A stretch of DNA of 64,000 nucleotides. Origin: Carcharhinus amblyrhynchos (taxonomy: Eukaryota). The stretch is taken from the NCBI GenBank assembly GCA_965287045.1, contig OZ336873.1:37324001-37388000 (forward strand). The letters are read 5' to 3'. Made by a program: the position numbers and the translations under genes. Shown one piece after another: positions 35,850 through 47,291 of the stretch; positions within the stretch are counted from its first letter, which is position 1, and each line of letters begins with the position of its first letter. The notes under the pieces are model-generated. The model was not told where the DNA came from. It made no database searches and saw only the letters and a list, made by a program, of their open reading frames with translations.

Positions 35850-36310
35850 CATAGACATAGAAAAAGGCCATTCAGAATCTTGAGCCCCTTTCAACTAGAT
35901 TATGGTTGATCTGAACCTCAAATCCACTTTTTCGGAATCTGAATACCATCGGTAAGAACATAAATCTATTCATCCCAATCTTGAAAAATTTCAATTAACC
36001 CAAGCATCCTTTGCCCTTTGGGAACAAGTTCTTGTTTCCATTACACTTTGTATGAAAAAGTGCTTCTGGATTTTATTCTAAAATATCATAGCTCTGAATT
36101 TAGAATGATCTCTTGTTCATGATTGATTCACTAGGACAATTGTTCCTCTTTTATCTACGCAATCAAGACCCTCACTCATTTTAAATGCCTTGAATCCATT
36201 GTTTAAGCACTAAGGACTATAAAAAAAATTAATGCAACCTTGTCTTCAAATTTTAACTCCTTTTTGAGTCTCAGTATTAATCTCATAAATCTATGTTATA
36301 GCCCTTTCAA
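35850..36310 (-). mobile_element. Highly decayed CR1 3' fragment
   Basis: aggccattcag...actagattatggttgatctg pattern of a reverse-oriented CR1 tail. Confidence 0.5.
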
Positions 36311-36337
36311 GCAATGACAATGAAATCCAACTTTTTT

Positions 36338-36566
36338 TGTTTGATTTGATTTATTATTGTCACATGTATTAGTATATAGTGAAAAGTGCTATTTCTTGCA
36401 CACTATGCAGGCAAAGCATACCATTCGTAGAGAAGGAAAGGAGAGAGCGCAAAATGTCATGTTACAGTCATAGCTAGGGTGTAGAGAAAGATCAACATAT
36501 TGCAAGGTAAATCCATTCAAAAGTCTGACAGCAGCAGGGAAGAAGCTGTTCTTGAGTCGGTTGGCA
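36338..36566 (-). mobile_element. Rex1/Babar 3' end
   Basis: NRLKNSFFPAAVRLLN; (tgatt)n tail. Confidence 0.85.
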
Positions 36567-36582
36567 CCACCTTTTAAAAACT

Positions 36583-36745
36583 TTGATTTACTTTGATTTG
36601 ATTTTGATTTATTATTGTCACATGTATTGGGATACAGTGAAAAGTATTGTTTCTTGTGCGGTATACAGATAAAACAAATCATTCATAGAGTACATAGCAG
36701 AGAATGACAGGAGAAAGTGCAGAATATAGTGTTACAGTCATAGCT
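36583..36745 (-). mobile_element. Rex1/Babar 3' UTR fragment
   Basis: tgatttattattgtcacatgtattgggatacagtgaaaagtattg...gttacagtcatagcta. Confidence 0.8.
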
Positions 36746-36819
36746 ACTGGTCCAGTGAGGTATTGCTGGATCCAATATTGGGGAATGAGGTGGGTCAAGT
36801 GGGTCAGAGTAACACAGAA

Positions 36820-37165
36820 GCCTTACAGTGCAGAAGGAGGCCATTCAGTCCACTGAGTCTGCACCAACTCTCCAACAGAGTATGTACAGTATGCTTTGTC
36901 TCCAATTTAGCCTAGCCAATCCACCTAACCTGCATATCTTTGGACTGTGGTAGGAAACCGGGACACTCGGAGGAAACCCACACAGACACAGGGAGTACAA
37001 AAACAGAAAATACTGGAAAATCCCAGTAGGTCTGACAGCATTTGTGGAGAGAGAATAGATCCAATGTTTTGGGTCTAGATGATCCTTTGTCACACACAGG
37101 GAGAATGTGCAAACTCCACATAGTCACCCACAGCTAGAATTAAACCCGAGTTCCTGGTGTTAAAT
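36820..37165 (-). mobile_element. HE1-like V-SINE interrupted by a 98-bp insertion
   Basis: The SINE is continuous once 36996-37093 and one TSD copy are removed. Confidence 0.85.
36996..37093 (-). mobile_element. 98-bp insertion, probable second Penelope-like family with a decayed hammerhead
   Basis: TSD acacagggag at 36986-36995 and 37094-37103; reverse complement begins TGACAAA-GGATC-ATCTA-GACCC-AAAACATT. Confidence 0.65.
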
Positions 37166-37499
37166 ACCCTGCCGCCAGGCTGTCAGTTAGCAATAAGGGA
37201 ACGTTTAGTGAACAGTGACCAGTGATCCTGATCTTATAAGAAGCAGTGAACATCATCAGATAGCCGCTCCGCCTGAACATTCCCTTGACTTGATGCTGCT
37301 CTATATTTCTTCCAGGAGCTTGTGAGCACGGCTTTCCCAGAAATGCGAAGCATAGCATTCCACGGACAGCTCCCTTGCAGTAGAGTAGACTCTGGAAGGG
37401 AAACAGTCCACCCCCTCTCCCTTTCTATGGCACAAGCTGGTAATTTTAAAGATCCACGGTGAACGTTAGTGAATAGATGGATGGCTGAGTGGATGAACG

Positions 37500-38060
37500 A
37501 GTAGGGAACTGTGGTGGTAGGGCAGGTGAGGTAAATGCTTATGTGGGTTGGGTGAGTGAGGCCAGTGGGGTTGAGTGAATGGGAGGCAGGTGGGAAGGTG
37601 GTAAGTAGATGAGATAGTTGGTGAGTGTGGTCGTAAGTAGGCAAAGTGACAGGTGGGTAAGGTAGCAGAGGGATACAGCGGCATGTGGGTAAAGTGGGTA
37701 AGGTGGCAGATGGGAGAGGTGGCAGATAGGAGAGCTGGCAGGTGGGTGAGGTGGTAGATGGGATAGGTGGCAGGTGGCTACTGATAGACAAGGGAATTAG
37801 GGTTATGGGGAAAAAGCAGGAAAGTGGAACTGATCCACTTCAGATCAGCCATGATCTTATTGAATGGCGGGGCAGGCTCGAAGGGCTAGATGGCCTACTC
37901 CTGCTCCTATTTCTTATGTTCTTATGTTCTTAGATGGTAGTTGGAGGATGTAGTAAGTGGGTAGGGTCATAGGTGGGTGATGTGGTAGGTGGGTGAGGTA
38001 GGATGTGGGTGAGTTGGCAGGCGGTTGAGGTGGTCACCTGGTTTGGGGTTAGTTAGATGA
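37500..38060. repeat. G-rich low-complexity tract (GGT/GGTAG-like units)
   Basis: Strong strand bias, repeated ggtgggtgag/ggtaggt units; produces the Pro/Thr-rich ORF 37234-37791. Confidence 0.8.
37780..37931 (+). mobile_element. CR1 3' terminus, young subfamily
   Basis: The final ~90 bp match 20269-20358 (gatcagccatgatcttattgaatggcggggcagg...ttcttatgttctt). Confidence 0.9.
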
Positions 38061-39049
38061 CTTTGATTGAGGAAGCAGTTGGATGATCATGGGTTAGTTG
38101 GTGAGGCCGAAAGGGTGTGTCAGTACCTCAACTGTGGGGTATTAGGAGGCTCAGATCTGTAGTTGACCAGACGTTAAACTAAATCTCTACCTTCCTAACA
38201 TCAGAACAGTCCCAACTCTTTAACTGTAGCTGAGTGTCAGAGACATCTATGAAGATGTCTGAGGCATTGAATTACCCATCAGATGTAGTAATTTCCCAGG
38301 CAGTTCCCATATAGGTCAATGCATCAGGATTTGCAGAGTTTCGATGGGCATCTGAATCGTACTTCCGGCCTCTGATGATCCAGAGACCATAAGATTTGGA
38401 CCATTGTGTTCTAATGTTGAGGTTAACTATAGACAGGACAAGGAGCAAAGCAACATAAAAAAAACTTGATTGGAAGAGGACTAAACTGAATGGGATGAAC
38501 ATAGATCTGTCGCAGGTAAATTGGAATAAATGATTGACAGGGAAAATGGGACAATGGGCTGCCTTCAAAGAAAAGATGGATCGGGTCTAGTTGCGGTATA
38601 GTCAGGGAAAGATGGGGCAAACAAAGCCAGAGTCCTCTGGATGTCAAAAGGGACAGCATGTCAAATGAAGTGGAAAAAGGAGACATTTTAGAAATGATAA
38701 TAACAGTGAAAACCAAGCTGATTGCAAAAGGTTCAAAGGGAAGTGAAAAAGGAAATAAGGGAAACAAAGACAATATATGAGGGGAGGCAAAATAGAACAG
38801 AATCTGAAAGGCTTTAGTGGCATATAACCAGTAAAAAGTTAGTGAGAAGAGAAGTGGGGCTGCTTAGAGATCTAAAAGGGGATTTACACATGAAGGCACA
38901 GAGCATGGCTGAGATTCCAAATGAATATTTTTCATCTATATTACCAAGGAAGAAGATGCTGCCAAAATCATAGTGAAAAGAGAGGTAATTCAGACACTGG
39001 ATGGCCTAAACATTATTAAAGAGGAAATTTAGAAAGACTGGCTGTTCTT

Positions 39050-39350
39050 AAAGTTTATTTATTAGTGTCACAAGTAGGCTTGCATTAACACTGCAATGAA
39101 GTTACTGTGAAAATCCTCTCAGTGCCACACTCTGCTCTCTGTTCGGGTACACTTAGGAAGAATTTAGCATGCTGATGCGCCTAACCAGCACATCTTTCAG
39201 GCTGTGGGAGGAAACCAGAGCACCTAAAAGAAACCCACACAGACACAGGAAGAACATGCAGACTCCGCACAGACAGTGACCCAAGCTGGCAATCAAACCC
39301 GGACCCTGGCACTGTGAGGCAGCAGTGTTAATCATTGTCACCGTGCCACC
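39050..39350 (-). mobile_element. V-SINE, tail type B, nested in CR1
   Basis: Family match. Confidence 0.9.
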
Positions 39351-39645
39351 CTCTCAATAAGTTGATAAGTTCCCACAATGAGATAGGGTGCATTTGAGGA
39401 TGCCGAGAGAGGTAAGGATGGAAATAGCACAGGTATTGTTTCCAACTCTCCCTAGATATGGGGTTTGTGCCTGAGGAGTGGAGAATTGCAAATGCCACAA
39501 CCTTGTTCAAAAAACAACACAAGGATAAATTCAGCAATTGCATACAAGTCAGTCAGTTTAATCTCACACTGAGGGAAAACTTTGAAACAATAATTTGGGA
39601 TAAAATTAACAGTCACCTGGACTAGTCTGGAATAAATGGTTAAAG

Positions 39646-40003
39646 TAGTAAGAAGCCTCACAACACCAGGTTAAAGTCTAACAGGTTTATTTGGTAGCAA
39701 AAGCCACCAGCTTTCAGAGCACTTGCTGCCCCTTTGTCAAGTGAGTGGGAGCTCTATTCACAAACAGGGCACGTTAAGACACAAACTCAATTTACAGAAT
39801 AATTGATAATAACAGTGAGAACCAGGCTGATTGCAAAAGGTTCAAAGGGGAAGTGAAAAAGGAAGTCATTTATTCATTACTCTGTAAGTCATTACTCTGA
39901 AAGCTAGTGGCTTTTGCTACCAAATAAACCTGTTGGACTTTAACCTGGTGTTGTGAGGCTTCTTACTGTGTTTACCCCAGTCTAATGCCAGCATCTCCAC
40001 ATC
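39646..40003 (+). mobile_element. Fold-back Penelope-derived insertion with captured filler
   Basis: Left arm 39646-39803 with decayed hammerhead at 39705-39743; filler 39804-39894; right arm plus tail 39895-40003; degenerate TSD ataaatggttaaag/ataaataattaaag. Confidence 0.88.
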
Positions 40004-40174
40004 ATAAATAATTAAAGCCAGCACGAATTTGTTAAATGCAAATTGTGTTTTATTAGCTGGATTGAGTTTTTTTGATGAAATAAGAGAGAGGAGTGATGAC
40101 GGTAATGCAATCGATTTGGTGTGGATGGACCTCCAAAGGGCATTTGATAAAGTGTTTAATAGATGTTGGCGAGG

Positions 40175-40810
40175 CCAACAGACACATGGGAACAACATGA
40201 CCAGCAAGTTCCCCCACCCAAACTTCTAACCACCCTGACCTGGAAAAATATTGCCATTCCTTCACTGTCACTGCATCAAAATCCTGGAACTCCCTCCCTA
40301 ACATCATAAAATCCCTACAGTGCAGAAGGAGGTCATTTGGCCCATCGAGTCTGTACTGACACTCTGACAGAGCACCTTACTCAAGCTCTGTCTCTGTAGC
40401 CCCGTGCATTTATCCCACTAATTCCCCTATACATCTTTGGACACTAAGGAGCAATTTAACATGGCTAATTCATCTAACCTGTTCATATTTGGACTGTGGG
40501 AGGGAACCAAAGTACCCGGAGGAAACCCACACAGACTGGGGGAGAAGGTACAAATAGACAGTCACATAAGGCTGGAATTGAACTCAGTTCCTGGTGCTGT
40601 GAGGCAGCAGTACTAACCAATGTACCACAATGCTGCTTATGTGCCACCCTGCTGCCCAGTTGGTATAGTATATCCATCGCTGTGGATGTACCTAGACCAC
40701 ATGGACTGCAATGGTCCAATAAGACAGCTCATCACTGCCTTCTCAGGGACACTTAAGAATGAGCAATAAATGCTGGCCTAGCCAGTGATTCCCACATCCA
40801 ATGAATAAAT
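40175..40810 (+). mobile_element. Zenon-like LINE 3' end, itself interrupted by a SINE
   Basis: gacacatgggaacaac...aaatcctggaactccctccctaaca, resuming as tgtggatgtaccta...gcaataaatgctggcctagccag. Confidence 0.7.
40305..40650 (-). mobile_element. HE1-like V-SINE (tail type A)
   Basis: Family match. Confidence 0.85.
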
Positions 40811-41529
40811 GAAAAGAAGAATAATATTGACTGAGTAACACAAAACTAAGAGTAATAGTGAATGGTGGTTGTCCTGACTGGAGATGGATTTAAAGGGAGT
40901 TCTCTAAGGATTAGTACTAAGTAAACTGCTTTTAGGTATACATTGCATTATTTGCAACATTCACAGGTGATATAAAACTTGAAATTATTGAGAATTGTGA
41001 GTAGGATAGTGATAGACTTTAATAATATATCGAAAAGCTGTTGGAGTGGAAGAGACATGAAGCAGAGGCCCTCATAACATTTAAGAAGTATTTGGATGTG
41101 CACTTGTGATGCCAAGGCATACAAGGCTTTGGGCCAATAGGATTTGAATTGTTGTGTCGTTTGTTTTTGTCCAGTGCAGGTATGATGTGCTGAAGGGCCA
41201 TTTTCTGTGCTAAATACCCCTATGACATGTCAGATGAAATTTAATGCAGAGAAGTGTGAACTGACACATTTCACTCGGAAGAACGTGAAGAGATAAGATA
41301 AATTAATGGTGCAATCGATAGGGAATATAGGAACAGAGGACCCAGGGGATATATGTGCGCAGATCATTGAAGGTGGAAAAGCAGGTTGAGAAAATGGTTA
41401 AAAAGGCACATGAGATCCTTAGTGGTCAATTTATTTCTTATTCCTTCAAAATTTGCCTTATATGAATTTAAAACCTCGGTTTGTGATATTCCCTTCTCCC
41501 AATCAAAAACTAACACCAAATATTAGCTA

Positions 41530-41855
41530 ACTGTTAGCACAGTGCTTAGCACAGCACCAAAGACCTGGGTTCAATTCCGACCTTGGGTAACTGTGTGAAA
41601 TTTGTACGTGTCTGCGTGCATTTCCTCTGGATGCCCTAGTTTCCTCCCACATGTGCAAGTTAGGTGATTTGGCCATACTAACTTGCCCCTTAATGTCCCA
41701 AGATGTGTAGGTTAGGGGGATTAACATGGTGAATATGTGGGGTTATGGGGATAAGGCAAAGGGGTGAGCCTGGGTAAGATGCTCTGACAGAGTTGGTGCA
41801 GACTCGATGGGCTGAATGGCCTTCTTCTGCATTGCAGGAATTGTATGATGATTCC
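41530..41855 (+). mobile_element. HE1-like V-SINE (tail type A)
   Basis: Family match ending gactcgatgggctgaatggccttcttctgca...gattcc. Confidence 0.82.
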
Positions 41856-41864
41856 ATTTGATAT

Positions 41865-41989
41865 GGCAGAATTTTCCCATCCCCCCGCCATGGGAATCGT
41901 AGCAGGCAGGACACGGATCATGCAAAGGTCCTTTGGCCTCGGGTGGGATTTTCTGGCATTGGGGGCGAGTGTGGCTAAAAATCCTGCCC
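41865..41989. mobile_element. MITE (GGGC-TIR family)
   Basis: ggcagaattttcc ... aaaaatcctgccc. Confidence 0.7.
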
Positions 41990-42857
41990 TATGAACTATT
42001 TGTGAGATGCTTACTTACCATCAGGTCATTAACTAATTCTGTTTCACTGTTCATCATTAAGTTTAGTATGGTCAATTCTAGTGTAATTTCTTACACGTAT
42101 TTGGATAGAAATTTCTGGAACTATAATGTTCCATTAATAACACTCCATATTATTAACTTATTAAAAATCTAACAATGTACAGAGTGAAAGAGATGTGTCA
42201 TGAGCTCTGATCCTTGCTGGAGTTTTGTCCTGTCCTTCCATTAGCTTCTCCAAAATTGATAACGGTCAATGCTACACTCAAGGTTTCCTACTGAAGTTAA
42301 TGGCCATCATGAAATTCCTGGTTTTATGATATTAATATGGATTATTCTTGCCGTGGCCATTTAGAGCTAGCAACGACATAGAGGACTGTGTAAATGGTGT
42401 AACCCATGGTCATGATTTTAGCCATGGAGACACGGAAAGGCATCAAGAAAGCTGAGGAGTCTCACTCCAGCAGGCAGTGAATTGTTCCTAGAGGGATATT
42501 ATAAATCCTTTTTAACTGTCTTGGCAGTGTTCTGTGTCAGTCCAGCCATCCATATTCCTGCTGATGCTGGAAGGCAATCATTTCCCAGCTGTTAAACTGT
42601 TTCAACACTTAGAAGCAAAAAAAATGGATTTGTTTCAGAAAATCAAATGTTGGGGTGCAGTATAGGAACAATTTCAGACATGATTTGGTAACTGTGGTAT
42701 GGTTGGCAGGAAAATGGTTACTTTTGTTGCAAATCTCTTCACTACTGTGATTTTCCTTGTGTGGTTCCTGAATCTGTTTTAGACAAATTGATTGATGTGG
42801 TTAGTGTACAACTCCATTATTAGGATGATAGAGTGCAAACTGTCCGGACCTTTGTCT

Positions 42858-43012
42858 AGCAGTACAGTGGCACAGTGGTTAGCACGTCTGCCTCACAGCG
42901 CCAGGGATCCAGGTTCAATTCCCAGCCTGGGTCATTGTCTGTGCGGAGTCTCCACATTCACCCTGTGTCTGCATTTCCACCAGCTGCTCCAGTTTCCTCC
43001 CACAGTCTGAAA
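42858..43012 (+). mobile_element. V-SINE 5' part
   Basis: tRNA head plus V-domain, truncated. Confidence 0.8.
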
Positions 43013-43779
43013 GGTATAGTTATGACATTAATTGCTTAATTCCAATCTGCCTGTGAAAGTAGTGCATGGCCTACCCAATAGGTGCTCCACTATTTCTGAA
43101 CAGGATGCATGAGGCTACTCGTTCTATACTTCATGAGTCAAGCTGTTTGCAGTTTACTCTGCTATTCACTCACTAATTTAAGGACCTATACAACAATTCC
43201 TAGTCGCAAGTGGAATGCAATGGCCTTTTCATCAATGCACCTATTCAAAGTTTTTACACTTGTTCATTCTGTTGACTGTTTTGTTTTCTTTCTGGTTCAA
43301 ATTTCTTACTCATCCTATTTCTTTGTCTGACATTTCCTCTGCTTCTTTCTCTATTTTTTGAATTGGTTAAGGAACCAAGCTAGGGGACACATTGTATATT
43401 AGGTCACAAGTGTAACATTGACATCTCTGCGCCACTATTGAATCAACATTCCAGTAACCTGTGGCATAAATAAAGTGCAATGTCAGCAATCAGCTTAAGA
43501 CTCCGGTTAACAATGCTCATCACCAAACTCACTCTTCCTGCAACTTCTGACCCAGTTTGTTTTGTTGAGGTTATTTCAGGGATAAATAGTGGCTAAGAAA
43601 TTGAGAAACTCTCACCTTCTTCTTTAAATATTGTGGTGGAATTTCCACTAGAGCAGGATGAGCCTTCATGTCTTACCTGAAAGACAAGACTGCTGACACT
43701 GCCATTGTTCCCCAACGCAATTGAAGGGACAGCCTTGGGTGGGGCTTCTAAGTCAGAGGTGGGAGAACTATCACTGAAC

Positions 43780-44470
43780 CAGATAAAGGGAGGGTGCCTG
43801 AGAAAAGAGAAATGGGTAGAATAGTTAAGTGGTTAGGAGATCACCAGGAAGGGGATCGAAGGAGCAGGATGTGGATTCTGTGCAAGAATGATCTTGGGGC
43901 TAGTGGGGCAGAGAGGAGGAGAAATTGCATAGTGATCATGGGTTAGGGCTGGAGTGGTTGGTAGATTGAATGGAAGTCGAATAACGGGGAAGGAAAGTAA
44001 CAGGAATCGATTAATCTCTCAGGTGGGACTAACGTTCGGATCAATTAGCAGCAAGTTGGCAACCTTATCAGCCTCTCGGAAGGAAATTTACACCAGTGAC
44101 AGCTTATTGGATTGTCTGAATATTGAGAATGAAGAAATCTGTGTGGGCTGGAGTTGGTCTAGGTTTTAAATGAAAGGCTTTCAAGTGGTTCACCACTCTA
44201 TGTTCCTCCAATGCCTTTCCTCTGTTGTTTAGTTGAGTAGGCTGCTCTTACCTGGTTTCACTCAGTTGACTGAGGATCTCCTACAATCAATTCTTCTTCC
44301 ACCCCTGCATTAATCCTGGTGGCTCTTGAGGATCCATTATTAAATTCTCTCATCTACATGTCGCTCTCCCCATGGAGACATCATTCAAAGACAGATTGTC
44401 AGGCTACATGTGTATGCTGATAATACCCAGCTATATCTCACCATGAATTTTCTCAACCTCTCCAGTAACA
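43780..44470. mobile_element. Decayed L2 RT fragments
   Basis: The + strand at about 44330-44445 reads GDIIQRQIVRLHVYADNTQLYL (YADD-like); the upstream part looks like reverse-oriented L2. Confidence 0.5.
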
Positions 44471-44593
44471 TTCAGGCCTGAATTTCCAGTTTGCCTGCCA
44501 GAATATACAATTTCATATTTTCTGGTGCTTAGATGCAGTAAAATAAAATTCTAATTGTCTATTGATGACTCAGTTATTTAAATAAATACTCAC

Positions 44594-44626
44594 CTGTAAA
44601 AATCTCTTCCTTCAAGTGCATTATCC
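44594..44626 (-). other. Candidate 33-nt microexon
   Basis: ttgtttttataag|GGATAATGCACTTGAAGGAAGAGATTTTTACAG|gtgagt: consensus donor, frame-preserving length. Confidence 0.2.
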
Positions 44627-44739
44627 CTTATAAAAACAAGCATTCGTAGTCATAGTTCATACTGAAGATTTTATAATTACTTGGAACTGCCAGTCAAACT
44701 GTGAACTGAAAGGCATTCCACTGTGATAATGTGAAATCA

Positions 44740-44930
44740 AAGGTTAGGTGGATTGGCCATGCTAAATTACCCCTTAGTGTCTAAAGATGTATAGGTTAGG
44801 TGGATTAGTCATGGTAAATGTGTAGGGTTATGGGGATAAAGCCTGGGTAGAATGCTGTTTCCGAAAGTTGGTATTGACTCAATGGGCTGAATGGCTTCTT
44901 TCTACACTGTAGAGATTCTATGATTCTTCT
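44740..44930 (+). mobile_element. HE1-like SINE 3' half
   Basis: ggttaggtggattggccatgctaaattacccc...gattctatgattc. Confidence 0.8.
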
Positions 44931-45180
44931 ATTTTTATGACTCATACACCACAAATCCTATAATGAGAGCCCTCAGGGTTATGTCAATATAGAGTGAAAT
45001 GACGAGCAGTGATTTTTTTAAAAAACTGCAGACTGCTTTTGTTTCAAAAAAAAAGGACAGGAGATTTAAATGCCTTAACAGTTTGATAGTTCCTTTGACA
45101 GGTTGACAGTTCCAATGTGCTTGACAGTGGCAATCAGTTCATCTATTTTATGCGTATTCATGTCTATTTTAAACAATCCT

Positions 45181-45285
45181 AAAGAGCAGTTGACCCCTCC
45201 AACAGAGCAGTTGGCATCTTTAAAAGAGCGCCTGACCTCTCCCAGTGTACACCTTACCCCTCCTAAAGGGTACCCCATCTCTCCA
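45181..45285. repeat. Degenerate 21-bp tandem repeat, about 5 units
   Basis: aaagagcagttgacccctcca / acagagcagttggcatcttta / aaagagcgcctgacctctccc / agtgtacaccttacccctcct / aaagggtaccccatctctcca. Confidence 0.6.
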
Positions 45286-45302
45286 AATAACTCTGCTAGC
45301 TT

Positions 45303-45627
45303 TGGGAAGACATTGATGTAGTGGTATTGCCATTGACTAGTAACCCAGAGAACCAGGGTAATGCTCTGAAGTGGTGGAATTTAAATTCAATAAAAAAACA
45401 TTTTCTGGAATTACAAGTCTAATGATGACCATGAAGTCATTGTCGATTGTTGTAAAAACCCAACTGGTTCACCAATCTCCTTTAGGGAAGGAAATCTGCT
45501 TTTCTTTACCTGGTCTGGCCTACATGTGACTCCAAATCCATAGCAATGTGATTTACTCTCAACATTTCCCTCAAAAGAAATTAGTGATGTGCAATTAATG
45601 CTGATCCAGTCAGCGACACCACATATT
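45303..45627 (+). mobile_element. SINE family C
   Basis: gtagtggtattgccattgactagtaacccagag...tttagggaaggaaatctg...gcctacatgtgactcca. Confidence 0.75.
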
Positions 45628-46450
45628 TTTTATTCATTCATGGGACATAGGTAGTCAGCATTTATTGCTCATCCCTCGTTGCCTGAAGTCAATTGAGCAT
45701 CAACCATATTGCTTGGCTCTGGAGTCACATGTCAGCCAGACCAGGAGAGGATAGCAGGTTTTCTTCCCTATTTGATTTGACTTATTATTGTCACATGTAT
45801 TAACATACAGCGAAAAGTATTGTTTCTTGTGTGCTATACTGACAAAACATAGCATTCATAGAGAAGGAAATGAGAGAGTGCAGAATGCAGAGTTACAGTC
45901 ATACCTAGGGTGGAGAGAAAGATCAACTTAACGCAAGGTAAATCCATTCAAAACTCTGACAGCAGCTGGGGAGAAACTGTTCTTGAGTCGGTTGGTACGT
46001 GACCTCAGATTTTTGTATTTTTTTCCTAATGGAAGAAAGTGGAAGAGAGAATGTCTGGGGTGCGTGGGGGTCCTTAATTATGCTGGCTGCTTTGCCGAGG
46101 CAGTGCGAAGTGTAGACAGAGTCAATGGGCGGGAGGCAGATTTGCGTGATGGATTGGGCTACATTCACGACCTTTTGTAGTTCCTTGTGGTCTTGGGCAG
46201 AGCAGGAACCATACCAAGCTGCGATACAACCAAGAAGAATGCTTCCTATGGTGCATCTGTAAAAGTTATGCATCTGTAAAAATCTATAAAAGACATCAGT
46301 AAACCAGTTGGACTTTTCCGATAATCGACAATGGTTTTATAGTCATCAGTGGATTCTTAATTCCAGATTTTTAAAATTGAATTCAAATTCCATCATCTGC
46401 CACAGCGGCATTCAAACTGGGCCCAGAACATTAGCTGAGTTCCTGGATTA
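45628..46450 (-). mobile_element. SINE family C interrupted by Rex1
   Basis: ...ttcttccct at about 45770 resumes as aaagacatcagtaaaccag at about 46288. Confidence 0.7.
45771..46272 (-). mobile_element. Rex1/Babar LINE 3' fragment
   Basis: ORF 45923-46273 (NFYRCTIGSILLGCIAAWYGSCSAQDHKELQKVV). Confidence 0.9.
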
Positions 46451-46459
46451 ACACAAACA

Positions 46460-47280
46460 GGGAATAGGTGGCCCAACCCCGCTGGAGGGAACAGATGCCA
46501 TGAAGGAACCCCCCCACTCTGGAGATCGAGGGTAAGGGAGATGCCTCATGGACAGTGCCAGCCTGGAAGTGCCAGTCTGGCCTACTGCTCAAGGGGCAAA
46601 CTGTCAGTGCCTAAGGGGCACCTCGACACTGCCAACCAAGTATCAGACAGTGAAAAGGAGACGGGGCTAGAGGGGGAGAGCGATTGGTGAGAGTAAGGGG
46701 TCCACTGCCACGCTACAGAGGGATGGGTGGCAGAGAGAGGACAGGGGGTGATTGCAGCTGGCCATTTGGGTGGTTAGCAGGCAGTTGGGGATGCTGGAGG
46801 GCCGGGGCTGTTGGGGGAGGTTGAGGCTGCAGTGGGAGCATGTGTCGGGACTGCTGGGGGAGGTGGGGGGGGGTGGTCGGGCAGATTGGGGCTGGCAGTT
46901 GGGGGTGGTGGGAGAACAGACATCGGTGCTGGCCTGGAGAGGTCTAGGAGGCCAGTGAGCGGGTAGGGGTTTTGGTGGGCAGTGATGCAGGGATGTGGGT
47001 CTGACCAGCGATCTGGAGGCCAGTAATGCGAGGCCACTGTGCACGCACCGATCTCCACTCTGACAGTTTGGCACATGCGCAGTGGCCCACTCAGCGCTAT
47101 GCTGCCAGCCTCTTCAGCAGAAGTAGGCCCTGCCTATTGATTATCAGTGTGAATCTCACTAGGGCACTCTGCAGTGCTTAGAGCATGGGAGATTCATTCT
47201 GAAAATCACGCTAAAAAAATCAACTGGAGTTACTCTCATTTGCACATGAATTCGGCAGTCAGTATGGGAGAATCACCCCC
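46460..47280. mobile_element. GC/G-rich non-autonomous DNA transposon remnant
   Basis: Right end gggagaatcaccccc; G-rich interior and gcacatgcgcagt, as in 16695-17494. Confidence 0.5.
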
Positions 47281-47291
47281 AAATTCTTCAT

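Larger units (their letters stand above)
38405..41420 (+). mobile_element. Old CR1 ORF2 remnant carrying several nested insertions
   Basis: Decayed CR1 motifs (EEWRIANATTLFKK, FFDEI...DLVWMDLQRAFDKV, MKFNAEKCELTHF) separated by SINE, PLE and LINE inserts. Confidence 0.8.

Noticed and set aside
37234-37791. 185-aa Pro/Thr/His-rich ORF
   Set aside because: It is a by-product of the G-rich low-complexity tract
46667-47076. Proline-rich ORFs
   Set aside because: They are the antisense reading of a G-rich transposon interior
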